DNA from: Bacteroidetes bacterium ADurb.Bin217
GTDB taxonomy: Bacteria; Bacteroidota; Bacteroidia; Bacteroidales; UBA1715
DNA: 64,000 nt
Direction of reading: 5' to 3'
NCBI GenBank assembly: GCA_002069975.1
Contig: MWCJ01000003.1
Span: forward strand, 17,657 to 81,656
Shown in pieces: positions 46,247 through 57,183 of the stretch (positions are counted from its first letter, which is position 1; the number at the start of each line of letters is the position of its first letter). Both the position numbers and the translations under genes were made by a program. The notes under the pieces were generated by a model. The model was not told where the DNA came from and made no database searches. It worked only from the letters and a program-made list of their open reading frames with translations.

Positions 46247-47695
46247 TTGATAATAGAACATATGTTTTTTAGTAATCTGTGTAAGATACTTATACGAATA
46301 GTTGGCATTTTAGGGGTAGGATTAAGTGTAAGTTTACTATTAGCTATTCATTATAATGAACCCATAATTCCATTTATTGAAACTATTATAGTGTGTATTT
46401 GTTTAGCTGCATTATTTACAATTATAATACATCGCTCTAAAACACAAGAAGTTACCAAACGAGAATCCTTTTTTATAGTTACATTTTCTTGGTTTTTTAT
46501 TGCAACAATTGGGGCTTTACCATATATTTTCACTCATTCTTTTTCAATTATTGATGCACTTTTCGAATCTACATCTGGATTTAGTACTACCGGAGCATCA
46601 ATACTTTCTGATATTGAAGCATTACCAAAATCAATATTATTTTGGCGAAGTTTAACTCACTGGATTGGAGGTATTGGAATTATCGTAATAGTTATAATTA
46701 TAATGCCATCGTTAAAAATTGGAGGCAACAATTTATTTTCTGTAGAATCTTCGGTAGGTGAAAAAATTCTTCCAAAAATTAGTTCAGTTGGAAAACGATT
46801 GCTTTTAATTTACTTAGTCCTTACTGCATTAGAAATACTATTTCTACTACTTGGCAACATGAACCTTTTTGAAAGCGTGTGTCATTCATTTGGAACTGTT
46901 GCAACAGGAGGATTTTCACCAAAAAACACGAGCATATTCAATTATTCACCATACATTCAATATGTTATAGCAATTTTCATGTTATTGGCAGGTATTAATT
47001 TTATTTTATACTATTATTTAGTTAACAAACGATTCGATAAGATAAAGCATAACGATGAATTATGGTTTTATATAAAATTTGTAGGATTCGCAACGGTATT
47101 AGTTACTGCTATTTTATTTGTAAATACTGAACGATCATTTGAACAATCATTTAGAGATTCTTTTTTCCAAGTGGTTTCAATAGTTACATGTACCGGATTT
47201 GGTTCAAGCGATTATCTTTTATGGCCTCAAGCAGGTTGGGTTATTATGTTTTTATTACTATTTACAGGAGGCTGCACAGGTTCAACAGCCGGAGGAATAA
47301 AAATGGCAAGACATGCTTTGGTATTCAAAAATTTACGAAATATTATTACAAAAAGTATTCATCCAAAATCCATTACTCCTGTGCGTTTTAACAATGTAGT
47401 AATGAACGAAAAACAAAATTTAGCTGTTTTAACATTTATAACATGGTATTTTATTGCTTTTACCATAGGCACCGTTGCTCTTATTTTTCTAAAAGTAGAT
47501 GGTAAAACTGCGGCAAGCTCCATAGCAACAGCAATGGGTGGCGTAGGACCTGGTATAGGTACTGTAGGTCCGGCATCAAATTATGGGCATTTATCTGCTG
47601 CGGTAAAAATTATAATTTCACTTTTTATGATAATCGGTCGTTTGGAACTATATGCTTTTTTGGTTCTTTTAACACCGGCATTTTGGCGTAAATAA
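46247..47695 (+). CDS. trkH: TrkH-family potassium transporter
   Basis: Repeated M1-P-M2 units with SGFSTTGAS, TGGFS, CTGFGS and MGGVGPG selectivity-filter glycines. Confidence 0.85.
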   Translation: MIIEHMFFSNLCKILIRIVGILGVGLSVSLLLAIHYNEPIIPFIETIIVCICLAALFTIIIHRSKTQEVTKRESFFIVTFSWFFIATIGALPYIFTHSFSIIDALFESTSGFSTTGASILSDIEALPKSILFWRSLTHWIGGIGIIVIVIIIMPSLKIGGNNLFSVESSVGEKILPKISSVGKRLLLIYLVLTALEILFLLLGNMNLFESVCHSFGTVATGGFSPKNTSIFNYSPYIQYVIAIFMLLAGINFILYYYLVNKRFDKIKHNDELWFYIKFVGFATVLVTAILFVNTERSFEQSFRDSFFQVVSIVTCTGFGSSDYLLWPQAGWVIMFLLLFTGGCTGSTAGGIKMARHALVFKNLRNIITKSIHPKSITPVRFNNVVMNEKQNLAVLTFITWYFIAFTIGTVALIFLKVDGKTAASSIATAMGGVGPGIGTVGPASNYGHLSAAVKIIISLFMIIGRLELYAFLVLLTPAFWRK

Positions 47696-47827
47696 TTGTA
47701 CCGAAAAACTGTCATTGAATTTCAACTCTATAACTAACCTATTAAGCAATTGTAAAACAGAATTACCAAGGATATGCTTCGAGTATTAATCTTGGATTTT
47801 AACCTTTCAAATACAAATCCGAAATTA

Positions 47828-48538
47828 TTATAAACATTGTAAATACGCTTCTATAGTTTTTTCTAACCCCATATACAAAGCATCGCAAACTAAAGCATGA
47901 CCAATAGAAACTTCGTGTAAAACAGGCAATGAATGTTTAAAAAAAGCCAAATTATCTAAATTTAAATCATGTCCTGCATTCACCTCTAAACCTAATTCAT
48001 GAGCATATGCCGAACTTCTCACATAGGGCTCTACGGCTTTATCTCTATTCGTAAAATATTGTGCAGCATAGGGTTCGGTATATAACTCTATTCTATTGCA
48101 TCCTATTTTCGCAGCATATTCTATAAACAGTTCTTCGGGATTCACAAAAATAGAAACTCGAATACCATGTGATTGCAATTGCTGTGTTATTTCAGTTAAC
48201 ATCGACTGATGAGTCTGAGTATTCCAACCCGAATTTGAAGTAAGAGCATCGGGGGCATCGGGAACCAAAGTAACCTGACTAGGTTTTGCTTTACACACTA
48301 CATCTAAAAAACGAGCATCAGGATATCCTTCAATATTCAGTTCGGTTGATAAAATCTGTTTTAATTCAAACACATCTTGATATCGAGCATGTCTCTGATC
48401 GGGACGAGGATGAATTGTAATACCATGAGCCCCAAAGCGTTCACAATCTTTTGCTATTGATAAAATATTAGGATTATTAGCACCTCGAGAATTACGTATT
48501 AATGCAATTTTATTAATATTTACACTTAAAACTGTCAT
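47828..48538 (-). CDS. pdxJ: pyridoxine 5'-phosphate synthase
   Basis: LSVNINKIALIRNSRG, ITIHPRPDQRH and EVNAGHDLN motifs. Confidence 0.95.
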   Translation of the reverse strand: MTVLSVNINKIALIRNSRGANNPNILSIAKDCERFGAHGITIHPRPDQRHARYQDVFELKQILSTELNIEGYPDARFLDVVCKAKPSQVTLVPDAPDALTSNSGWNTQTHQSMLTEITQQLQSHGIRVSIFVNPEELFIEYAAKIGCNRIELYTEPYAAQYFTNRDKAVEPYVRSSAYAHELGLEVNAGHDLNLDNLAFFKHSLPVLHEVSIGHALVCDALYMGLEKTIEAYLQCL

Positions 48539-48599
48539 ATTACTTGTTTTTATAGTTTTAGAGTGTAAATTTACAATTTAAAATTAATTTTCATACTTT

Positions 48600-49268
48600 A
48601 TGATTGCACTTTCGCTCATATCGGAATCGCACCTAGCATTACAAGATACTATATCAGAAAAATCTGCTCGCAATATTCTACAGCAAAATCGATTGTTCCA
48701 TATGCCTGTGGTTGACCACAATAATGAATTTTTAGGAATGTTGTGTGAAGAAGATATACCAACAAAACCATCTGATACTTTGTTATTACATGATATTCAA
48801 AATAAATTTTTGCAAATTAAAGTTTTTGCACATCAACACATTTACGAAATTATTGAAAAAACATTCAGTCAAGAACTTAGTTGTATTGCTGTGGTAGACG
48901 ATAACAATAATTACATAGGATTAATTACATGCAATTCACTCATTAAATACTTTGCAAACATTGCCTCACTAAATCAACCTGGAGCAATATTAATACTTGA
49001 AATGCACACAAAGGATTATACATTGCAAAAAATCACACAAATAATTGAAGAAAATAGTGGCAAAATATTGAGTTTATATTCTACAATAATACCTGATTCC
49101 ACAAAAATAGAGCTTACGTTAAAACTAAACACTCACGATATTGGTGAAATAATTGCCGAACTTAATAGATTTGACTATACTATAAAAACATATTTTGAAG
49201 GAGTTAGTAAGTTACACGAATTGTATAAAACCCGTATCGATAATCTTACCCATTATTTAAACATGTAA
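48600..49268 (+). CDS. CBS domain-containing protein
   Basis: Two CBS-like repeats (FHMPVVDHNNEFLGML, IAVVDDNNNYIGLIT), in the conserved position between pdxJ and nadK. Confidence 0.65.
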   Translation: MIALSLISESHLALQDTISEKSARNILQQNRLFHMPVVDHNNEFLGMLCEEDIPTKPSDTLLLHDIQNKFLQIKVFAHQHIYEIIEKTFSQELSCIAVVDDNNNYIGLITCNSLIKYFANIASLNQPGAILILEMHTKDYTLQKITQIIEENSGKILSLYSTIIPDSTKIELTLKLNTHDIGEIIAELNRFDYTIKTYFEGVSKLHELYKTRIDNLTHYLNM

Positions 49269-49269
49269 T

Positions 49270-50136
49270 ATGAATTCAATTGCTCTGTTTGGTTCTACAA
49301 TATCAGAAGATGTATATCCAGCAATTTATAATATCATTCAAAAATTGCAACAAGCAAACTATACGTTGCAAATATACGCCCCTTTTTACAAAAAATTATC
49401 CGAGCACTATACATTCCCCACAATTACAACATTTACTAATGCAACTGAAATACAAGCTACCTATATTCTAAGTTTAGGAGGCGACGGAACATTTTTAAAA
49501 TGTGCACACACATGCTACACATCGGGAATTCCAATGCTTGGAATAAATTTAGGTAAATTAGGTTTTTTAGCCGAAGTAATGCCGCGTCAAATAGAAGAAT
49601 GTATTAACGATTTGCAAAATAAAAAATACAGTATTTGCAATCGAAGTATACTTGAATTTACCAATACCAACAACTATATTCAAGGAATTGGGTTAAACGA
49701 AATTACCCTTCAACGAAGCAATCATTTAAAATTATTAAAAATATCAATTACTATAAATAACGATTTCTTATGCTCATATTGGGCTGATGGAGTAATTGTG
49801 AGTACACCTACCGGAAGTACCGGATATTCATTAAGTTTAGGAGGACCTATAATAACTCCCGACAGTAAAACATTTGTAATAACACCAATTGCTCCTCACA
49901 CATTAAATGTACGCCCTATTATTGTGCCTGATTCAAGTATTATAACAATTAAAGCTCATGGTGAATTTACCGATTTTTTGATTTCAAACGACTTTACCAG
50001 TTCTATAAGTAAAGAAAGCCCCGAAATAACTATAAAAAAATCAAAATATACTATACAAACAATTCAATTTGAGCATATTAGTTTTTTCGACACACTTCGT
50101 TCAAAACTACAACTTGGTATAGATGTAAGAAAATAG
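49270..50136 (+). CDS. nadK: NAD kinase
   Basis: GGDGT motif (SLGGDGTFL), NEITL, and STPTGSTGYSLSLGGPI. Confidence 0.9.
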   Translation: MNSIALFGSTISEDVYPAIYNIIQKLQQANYTLQIYAPFYKKLSEHYTFPTITTFTNATEIQATYILSLGGDGTFLKCAHTCYTSGIPMLGINLGKLGFLAEVMPRQIEECINDLQNKKYSICNRSILEFTNTNNYIQGIGLNEITLQRSNHLKLLKISITINNDFLCSYWADGVIVSTPTGSTGYSLSLGGPIITPDSKTFVITPIAPHTLNVRPIIVPDSSIITIKAHGEFTDFLISNDFTSSISKESPEITIKKSKYTIQTIQFEHISFFDTLRSKLQLGIDVRK

Positions 50137-50226
50137 GAGTAAAAATCTACAAAATATAATAAAAAGACTATTTTTGTGGAAAATTTGGTTTTACAAAAAA
50201 ATTATAATAATTTTACGTAATTCAAT

Positions 50227-51180
50227 ATGCGATATATGCAAAGAAAGATAACACACATTTGTATACTTATATTTTTTACTTGTTTAAGTTATAGTGCATT
50301 TTCACAAAAAGACTGGATGCGATATCGCTATGATTTAATTGGAGGCATAGGTCCTTCATTCTTTCTGGGTGAATTAGGAGGAAATAATGGAGTTGGTAAA
50401 AACTCTATTTTAGACCTCGACTTTCCTACTACCCGTTTTGGTTTTAATGTAGGATTTCGTTATTTTTTAAAAGAACGCATTGCTACCCAAGCTACCTTTA
50501 CATTTGGTATGATTAACGGAAACGACAAACAAACACAAGAATATTTCAGAAACGACCGCGACTTATCATTCCGAAGTCCTATATACGAATTCAATGTTCG
50601 ATTGGAATACAAAATAAGAAAAGAACGTGCTGGACATATTTATGACTTAAAAGGTGTACGTGGTGAACGCCCTGTTAAATTGGTTACCTATGCGTTTGCC
50701 GGAATTGGCGTGTTTGGGTTTAATCCAAAAGCAAAAATAGATGGGCAATGGGTTGCATTACAACCAATAGGCACCGAAGGTCAAAACTTTTTACCAACAC
50801 GAAAACCATACAAACGAGTTCAATTATGCATTCCTGTTGGATTGCAAGTAAAATATTTAGCAAACCGCTATTGGAGTTATTCATTCGAACTTGGTCCACG
50901 ATTTACGTTTACCGACTATATTGACGATGTAAGCAAAACATATGTAAACCCAGATTTAGTAGCTGCAAACGACAAAACGGTACCCGACCATATTGCTCGC
51001 AGATTGGCCGACCCAAAATTTGGACAACCAAATCGTATAGCATCAGATGGCGTAAGCTATTCGTACTATAACGAACAACGTGGCGACCCATACGATAAAG
51101 ATTTTTATATGTTTGCCATGATTTCGGTTCATTACAAACTTAAAGCAACTCGTAAAGGTTGGCCTACTTTCAAAAAATAA
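50227..51180 (+). CDS. outer-membrane beta-barrel protein (DUF6089-like)
   Basis: Signal peptide ending SAFSQ and beta-strand periodicity. Family assignment is uncertain. Confidence 0.45.
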   Translation: MRYMQRKITHICILIFFTCLSYSAFSQKDWMRYRYDLIGGIGPSFFLGELGGNNGVGKNSILDLDFPTTRFGFNVGFRYFLKERIATQATFTFGMINGNDKQTQEYFRNDRDLSFRSPIYEFNVRLEYKIRKERAGHIYDLKGVRGERPVKLVTYAFAGIGVFGFNPKAKIDGQWVALQPIGTEGQNFLPTRKPYKRVQLCIPVGLQVKYLANRYWSYSFELGPRFTFTDYIDDVSKTYVNPDLVAANDKTVPDHIARRLADPKFGQPNRIASDGVSYSYYNEQRGDPYDKDFYMFAMISVHYKLKATRKGWPTFKK

Positions 51181-51276
51181 TGTTTCAATCACACTTTTTT
51201 TATTATTATATCGTTCAGGTATAATTCATTATTGAAGCAAAATAGTATTTTTGCATCAACAATTTTATAAATTCAT

Positions 51277-52014
51277 ATGATTGAATCTAACCGATTAATT
51301 ATTAGTATACTACTACTTATTAGCTTACACGTAAGCTCTTCGGTTTTTTCGCAAACATATAGAAGTAGAGATATTGGTATTTTTGTGGGAACCTCGCAAT
51401 ATAACGGCGATATAAATATGACACAAGCCTATTACTCACCTCATTGGACAGCAGCTTTGTATGTTCGAAAAACATTTAACTACAGATATTCGTGGAGACT
51501 TTCTGCAACATATGGAGAGCTAAAAGGATTTGATTCCGATTTTGATTCTAAATATCAAGAACACAGAGAACATGAATTTACAAAAACACATATTTACGAA
51601 TTGGCATCACTTGTCGAATTTAACTTCTTTGAAATTACTCCCGACGAAAAAGATAATAACTTCTCGCCAATGATAATTGCTGGTGCCGGCATTTTTTATT
51701 CCGACAATCTACCATTTAAAGAAATGCTTTGCTTTCCATTAGGATTGGGTTTAAAATATAAACTTGCTCCTAATTTAGAACTTATGGCAGAATGGACATT
51801 TCGAAAAACATTCACCGATAATTTAGACCAATTAAATTCAGATGCAATGGGCCACAAACGCTATAAACAAACATCGTTTATAAAAACAAAAGATTGGTAT
51901 TCATTGCTGGGAGTAACCCTATTAATAAATTTTAGGAGCGATATAGCTCCTTGTCATATATATGAGAAAAAAGGATATGAAGTTTTTACAAAAAAAAGAA
52001 ATAGAAAAAGATAA
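51277..52014 (+). CDS. outer-membrane beta-barrel protein (DUF6089-like)
   Basis: Signal peptide ending VFSQ, in the conserved position upstream of uppS. A -7 box TATTTTTG lies at 51246-51253. Confidence 0.5.
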   Translation: MIESNRLIISILLLISLHVSSSVFSQTYRSRDIGIFVGTSQYNGDINMTQAYYSPHWTAALYVRKTFNYRYSWRLSATYGELKGFDSDFDSKYQEHREHEFTKTHIYELASLVEFNFFEITPDEKDNNFSPMIIAGAGIFYSDNLPFKEMLCFPLGLGLKYKLAPNLELMAEWTFRKTFTDNLDQLNSDAMGHKRYKQTSFIKTKDWYSLLGVTLLINFRSDIAPCHIYEKKGYEVFTKKRNRKR

Positions 52015-52723
52015 ACTCCCCAAACACATTGCTATTATTATGGATGGCAATGGTCGTTGGGCAAAAAAACGAGGAAATATTCGATTGTTTGGTCATCAAA
52101 AAGGAGTCTCTACTGTTAATGAAATAGTTACAGCGTCGGCAGAACTAGGAATTGAATACCTTACATTATATGCATTTTCAACCGAAAATTGGAATCGCCC
52201 CCAAGACGAAGTTTCCGGGCTTATGAGCTTGCTCGTTAGTGCATTGGAAAAAAACCTTGAAAAACTACTAAAGAACAATGTTAAACTACTAACTATAGGC
52301 GACTTACAAAGTTTACCCCACGAAATTGTAAAAAAAATTCACGCTGCGCAAGAATTATCAAAACATAACACAGGATTAACCCTAATATTAGCTTTAAGCT
52401 ATAGTTCGCGATGGGAAATTACACAAGCTGTTAAAAACATTGCACAATTATGCATTGATGGAAAAATTTCTATAGAAGATATCGATTATAACACAATAAA
52501 TTCGCATCTTTGCACCAATAATATTCCCGACCCTGAATTAGTTATTCGTACAAGTGGAGAATATAGAATCAGCAACTTTTTATTGTTGCAAAGTGCATAT
52601 GCCGAATATTATTTTACAAAAACATTATGGCCTGATTTCTCTAAACAAGAATATTTGCAAGCTATATATGATTTTCAGCATCGCGAACGACGATTTGGAA
52701 AAACGGGAGAACAAATAAAATAA
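51977..52723 (+). CDS. uppS: isoprenyl transferase (undecaprenyl diphosphate synthase)
   Basis: HIAIIMDGNGRWA, TLYAFSTENWNRP and IRTSGEYRISNFLL motifs. The start is ambiguous (51962 or 51977). Confidence 0.9.
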   Translation: MKFLQKKEIEKDKLPKHIAIIMDGNGRWAKKRGNIRLFGHQKGVSTVNEIVTASAELGIEYLTLYAFSTENWNRPQDEVSGLMSLLVSALEKNLEKLLKNNVKLLTIGDLQSLPHEIVKKIHAAQELSKHNTGLTLILALSYSSRWEITQAVKNIAQLCIDGKISIEDIDYNTINSHLCTNNIPDPELVIRTSGEYRISNFLLLQSAYAEYYFTKTLWPDFSKQEYLQAIYDFQHRERRFGKTGEQIK

Positions 52724-52732
52724 AACGATACC

Positions 52733-55204
52733 ATGATTAAAAAAATAATTTTTCTTTGTGCCTTAATTGCGAGTCTTTGCAGTAATTACGTTGCTCTATC
52801 GCAAGAACAAATTACCTTTTCGAATCCTCAAAAATACATAATTGGCGATATTCAAGTTGAAGGAGTTACCTATTTACAACACCCTCCTATTATTAGAATT
52901 ACTGGATTATCTGTTGGTCAAAAAATAACTATTCCGGGGCCTGATATTACGAGTGCTGTTGAAAAATTATGGAAACAAGGTTTATTTAGTGATATTAAAA
53001 TATATGCTTCTCGAATTCAAGAAGATACTATATTTCTTACAATTTTTCTTACAGAACGTGCACGATTAAATACAATAACTTTTGAAGGAATTAAAAAAAG
53101 ACAACAAACAGATTTATTGGAACTTATTGATTTTAAAACTCACGAACAAATTACCGAAAACAAAAAAAATATAATTCAGAAAAAACTACAAGATTTCTAT
53201 TTTGAAAAAGGCTATTTTAATGCAGTTATTACCATTAAAGAAATTCCTGATACTACGAGATTTAATCAATCAGATATACTAATTTCAATTCAAAAAAACA
53301 AACGAGTTAAAATACAAGACATTGTTTTTGAGGGAAATACAGCATATAAAAATACTAAATTGCACCGTACTATGAAAAACACAAAACGAAATCGTTGGTT
53401 TGTGTTGAAACGATCAAAGTATATTCCTAAAGATTTTGTTGTAGATAAAGAAAGTATACTGGAGCTCTATAAAAAAGATGGATATAGAGATGTTATGATT
53501 TATAAAGATTCAATCATTACGATTGATTCTATAAGTAAAAAAATTGTGATTGGAATAGACGAAGGTAAAAAGTATTATTTTAGGAATATAACATGGCTTG
53601 GTAATTCTGTATATCAAACAGAGTTATTAGAAAAAGTACTAAATATTAAAAAAGGTGATGTTTATATTGAAGCTTTGTTACAGGACAAAATATTTGGATT
53701 AGACGGTGTAAGTTCCTTATATCTTGACAATGGATATTTATTTTTCAATGCAGAGCCTGTTGAAATCAATATAGATAACGACTCGGTAGATATAGAAATA
53801 CGTATTTATGAAGGTCAACAAGCAACAATAAACAACATAGTTGTAAAAGGAAACAACAAAACAAACGACCAAGTAATTTACAGAGAAATACGAACAAAAC
53901 CCGGTGATTTATTCAGTCGTTCTGATATTATTAGAACCCAACGAGAACTTGCTATGTTAGGTTATTTTGATCCTGAAAAAATGGAGATTAATCCTAAACC
54001 TAATCCACAAAACGGAACAGTAGATATAGAATACGGATTAGAAGAAAAATCAACAGATCAAATCGAATTATCGGGTGGTTGGAGTGGTCAATACGTTATT
54101 GGTTCGGTACGATTAGTATTAAACAATTTTTCTATTAAAAATATGCTAAACGGGTCTGAATGGAAACCCATACCTTCGGGCGACGGACAAAGTTTAACAT
54201 TAAATGCCTCATTTAATCCTCGCTATTACCAATATTACAGTTTCTCGTTTAGCGAACCATGGTTAGGCGGTAAAAAACCAAATGGTTTAAGTTTTTCTGT
54301 ATATCACTCTGTACGTGGCAACGGATACGAACGTAGTAATGATAATTTTGGAAATTGGAAAACAGTAGGTGTTTCTTTAGGTTTGCAAAGAGACTTACAA
54401 AAACCAGATGATTATTTTACATTATATCATGAAATTGGAGCAAAACGATATAATTTAAATAATTATAGTTCCGGATTACCCGAAGTATTACCCGATACTA
54501 TTATAACAAAAAGTATAACATTTGCAACAAGTTTAAGTCGAAATTCTATAGATCAACCTTTGTATCCAAGAAGAGGATCTTCGTTCTCGCTCCGTTTAGA
54601 ACTCACACCTCCTCACTCGGCGTTTATGGAAAATGCTAACAATACTGATTTAACTCCCGAACAACGATATAACTGGATAGAATATCATAAATGGACTTTT
54701 AAATCAAAAATTTACACCCAAATTTACGATAAATTAGTGTTAGAAACTCGAGCAGATTTTGGATTTTTAGGGTTCTATAATGAAAATTTCAAATCACCTT
54801 TTGAACGCTTCGACGTTGGTGGCGATGGATTAAGTGGTGGTTTTTATATGTATGGCATAGACATAATTCCTCTAAGAGGATATACATCGGGAGCTATAAC
54901 CCCATTTGGTGATAATGGAGCTAACTTATACAATAAATTTTCTCTCGAATTACGATATCCATTAACATTGAAACCTGAAGCTACAATTTACGGTCTGGTA
55001 TTTGCTGAGGGGGCGAACGCTTGGATGAATTTTAACAATTATAATCCTTTTGAATTGAAACGAAGTGCCGGTTTTGGAGTTAGATTATTTATTCCTATGA
55101 TGGGTTTAATTGGGTTTGATTACGGATACGGCTTCGACAATGTAGATGGGAAAAATAATATAGGAAAATGGCAACCAAGTTTTGTTCTCGGACAACAATT
55201 TTAG
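52733..55204 (+). CDS. bamA: outer membrane protein assembly factor BamA
   Basis: Five POTRA-like repeats followed by an Omp85 barrel ending VLGQQF. Confidence 0.9.
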   Translation: MIKKIIFLCALIASLCSNYVALSQEQITFSNPQKYIIGDIQVEGVTYLQHPPIIRITGLSVGQKITIPGPDITSAVEKLWKQGLFSDIKIYASRIQEDTIFLTIFLTERARLNTITFEGIKKRQQTDLLELIDFKTHEQITENKKNIIQKKLQDFYFEKGYFNAVITIKEIPDTTRFNQSDILISIQKNKRVKIQDIVFEGNTAYKNTKLHRTMKNTKRNRWFVLKRSKYIPKDFVVDKESILELYKKDGYRDVMIYKDSIITIDSISKKIVIGIDEGKKYYFRNITWLGNSVYQTELLEKVLNIKKGDVYIEALLQDKIFGLDGVSSLYLDNGYLFFNAEPVEINIDNDSVDIEIRIYEGQQATINNIVVKGNNKTNDQVIYREIRTKPGDLFSRSDIIRTQRELAMLGYFDPEKMEINPKPNPQNGTVDIEYGLEEKSTDQIELSGGWSGQYVIGSVRLVLNNFSIKNMLNGSEWKPIPSGDGQSLTLNASFNPRYYQYYSFSFSEPWLGGKKPNGLSFSVYHSVRGNGYERSNDNFGNWKTVGVSLGLQRDLQKPDDYFTLYHEIGAKRYNLNNYSSGLPEVLPDTIITKSITFATSLSRNSIDQPLYPRRGSSFSLRLELTPPHSAFMENANNTDLTPEQRYNWIEYHKWTFKSKIYTQIYDKLVLETRADFGFLGFYNENFKSPFERFDVGGDGLSGGFYMYGIDIIPLRGYTSGAITPFGDNGANLYNKFSLELRYPLTLKPEATIYGLVFAEGANAWMNFNNYNPFELKRSAGFGVRLFIPMMGLIGFDYGYGFDNVDGKNNIGKWQPSFVLGQQF

Positions 55205-55228
55205 TTAACCTTTTAAAATTTTAAAAAT

Positions 55229-55744
55229 ATGAAAAAAGTATTAATTATCCTTACAGCTTTATGCATCTCAAGTATAAGCTTTGCTCAAAAAACTGCATAT
55301 GTCGATACAGAATATATTCTTAACAAAATTCCGGCATACAAAGAAGCTCAAAAACAAATTGATGATCTTACTAAGCAATGGCAAAAAGAAATTGAAGAAA
55401 AACATCTCAGTTTAGACGCGTATTACAAACAATATCAAGTAGATAAAGTGCTTTTATCGAACGACATGAAACAAAAACGAGAACAAGAAATTCTTGATAA
55501 AGAAAAAGAATTAAAAGAATTACAGAAAAAAAGATTTGGACCTGAAGGTGACAGATTTAAAAAAGAACAAGAACTAATAAAACCAATACAAGACGAAATT
55601 TATAACGCAATTAAAGAAATTGCAACTGCTCAAAATTACGGTTTTATTTTCGATGCAGCATCAAGCTCATTATCTATACTTTACACAGATATCAAATATG
55701 ATATTAGTGATGAAATACTAAAAAAATTGGGATATATAAAATAA
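55229..55744 (+). CDS. OmpH/Skp family periplasmic chaperone
   Basis: Signal peptide, coiled-coil core, and position after bamA. Confidence 0.8.
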   Translation: MKKVLIILTALCISSISFAQKTAYVDTEYILNKIPAYKEAQKQIDDLTKQWQKEIEEKHLSLDAYYKQYQVDKVLLSNDMKQKREQEILDKEKELKELQKKRFGPEGDRFKKEQELIKPIQDEIYNAIKEIATAQNYGFIFDAASSSLSILYTDIKYDISDEILKKLGYIK

Positions 55745-55782
55745 TCATTATTTTTGTAAAAAATAACTTTAAATAATAAAAC

Positions 55783-56298
55783 ATGAAACATTTAGCAAAA
55801 TTAGTAATTGTAAGTATTTTAATTCTTGGAGCATCGGTAGCACAAGCTCAAAAATTCGGTCATATAAATTTTGAAGAACTTATAGAATCGATGCCAGAAA
55901 AACAAAAAGCATTAGATAGTCTTCAAAAAGAATATAACGAAGTAAAAAATCTTATCGAAGAAATGTCTGTTGAATTCAACAAAAAACTAATGAATGCTCA
56001 AAATAGTTATGAAACTATGAGTAAAACAAGTCAAGAAATGCTCGAAAGAGAATTACAAGAAAGTCAAGCTCGAATTCAACAATTTCAAACAACAGCAGAA
56101 GAGCGTTTAATGAAACGTAGAGAAGAATTACTTAACCCTATTATTGACAAAGCTGAAGTTGCTGTTAAAAAAGTTGCTGAACGCGAAGGGTTTATGTACA
56201 TATATGATGTGAGTAAAGGAAGTCAGGTATTATATTACTCATCAAAAAGTATAGATGTAATGCCTCTAGTGAAAAAAGAATTAGGAATTCTTAAATAA
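55783..56298 (+). CDS. OmpH/Skp family periplasmic chaperone
   Basis: Signal peptide and coiled-coil core. This is the second tandem copy. Confidence 0.8.
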   Translation: MKHLAKLVIVSILILGASVAQAQKFGHINFEELIESMPEKQKALDSLQKEYNEVKNLIEEMSVEFNKKLMNAQNSYETMSKTSQEMLERELQESQARIQQFQTTAEERLMKRREELLNPIIDKAEVAVKKVAEREGFMYIYDVSKGSQVLYYSSKSIDVMPLVKKELGILK

Positions 56299-56319
56299 TA
56301 TTCAAGAAAAATTACAAAC

Positions 56320-56349
56320 AAGGTTGTCGGATTCGACAACCTTTTTTTT
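56320..56349 (+). terminator. rho-independent terminator
   Basis: Stem AAGGTTGTCG/CGACAACCTT followed by a T-run (56342-56349). Confidence 0.8.
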
Positions 56350-57183
56350 ATGAATTCAATAGAACGAAATCAACATATAGGTGTCTTCGATTCAGGGTTT
56401 GGTGGTTTGACCATTTTACAGGAAATCAAACACGTATTGCCTGAATATTCATATATATATTTAGGCGATAATGCTCGTGCACCCTATGGAACAAGGTCGT
56501 TCGAAACAGTATATAAATATACGCTTGAAGCAGTAAAAAAACTATTTGAACTTGATTGTTCTCTTATAATACTTGCATGCAATACAGCTTCGGCAAAAGC
56601 TTTGAGAACAATTCAACAGCAAGATTTACCAAAGCTTGCTCCAAATAAACGCATATTAGGAGTCATTCGTCCTTGTAGCGAACAGGCCGGGTTATTTACT
56701 CAAAATAATAATTTAGGAATTTTTGCTACAAGCGGTACAGTAAGTTCTCATTCATATGAAATAGAAATTCAAAAATTTTTTCCAAATATTACAGTAACCC
56801 CTCATGCCTGCCCAATGTGGGTACCAATAGTGGAAAATGGAGAAGCATTATCTGAAGGTGCTGATTATTTTGTACAGAAAGAAATACACGCATTATTAGA
56901 AAAAAACAACAATATAGATTCAATACTTTTGGCATGTACTCATTATCCTATATTACTTCCAAAAATCAAAAAATATCTACCTTCACACATTTCTGTTATA
57001 AATCAAGGAAGTATTGTAGCTCAAAGTCTTAAAAAATATTTGCTACAGCATCCTGAAATCGAAAGTCACTGTATTCATTCAGGTAAAATACAATATTACA
57101 CAACTGAAAAAGCAGAAATATTTAACACTATAGCAGAGTGTTTTACACACTCACCAATTATTGCTAAAACAATATCATTATAA
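56350..57183 (+). CDS. murI: glutamate racemase
   Basis: GVFDSGFGGLT, LACNTAS and LACTHYP catalytic Cys motifs. Confidence 0.9.
   Translation: MNSIERNQHIGVFDSGFGGLTILQEIKHVLPEYSYIYLGDNARAPYGTRSFETVYKYTLEAVKKLFELDCSLIILACNTASAKALRTIQQQDLPKLAPNKRILGVIRPCSEQAGLFTQNNNLGIFATSGTVSSHSYEIEIQKFFPNITVTPHACPMWVPIVENGEALSEGADYFVQKEIHALLEKNNNIDSILLACTHYPILLPKIKKYLPSHISVINQGSIVAQSLKKYLLQHPEIESHCIHSGKIQYYTTEKAEIFNTIAECFTHSPIIAKTISL

Noticed and set aside
47760-47800. Hairpin CCAAGGAT...ATCTTGG between trkH and pdxJ as a terminator.
   Set aside because: The stem is short and imperfect and has no adjacent T-run on either strand, so it is too weak to call.
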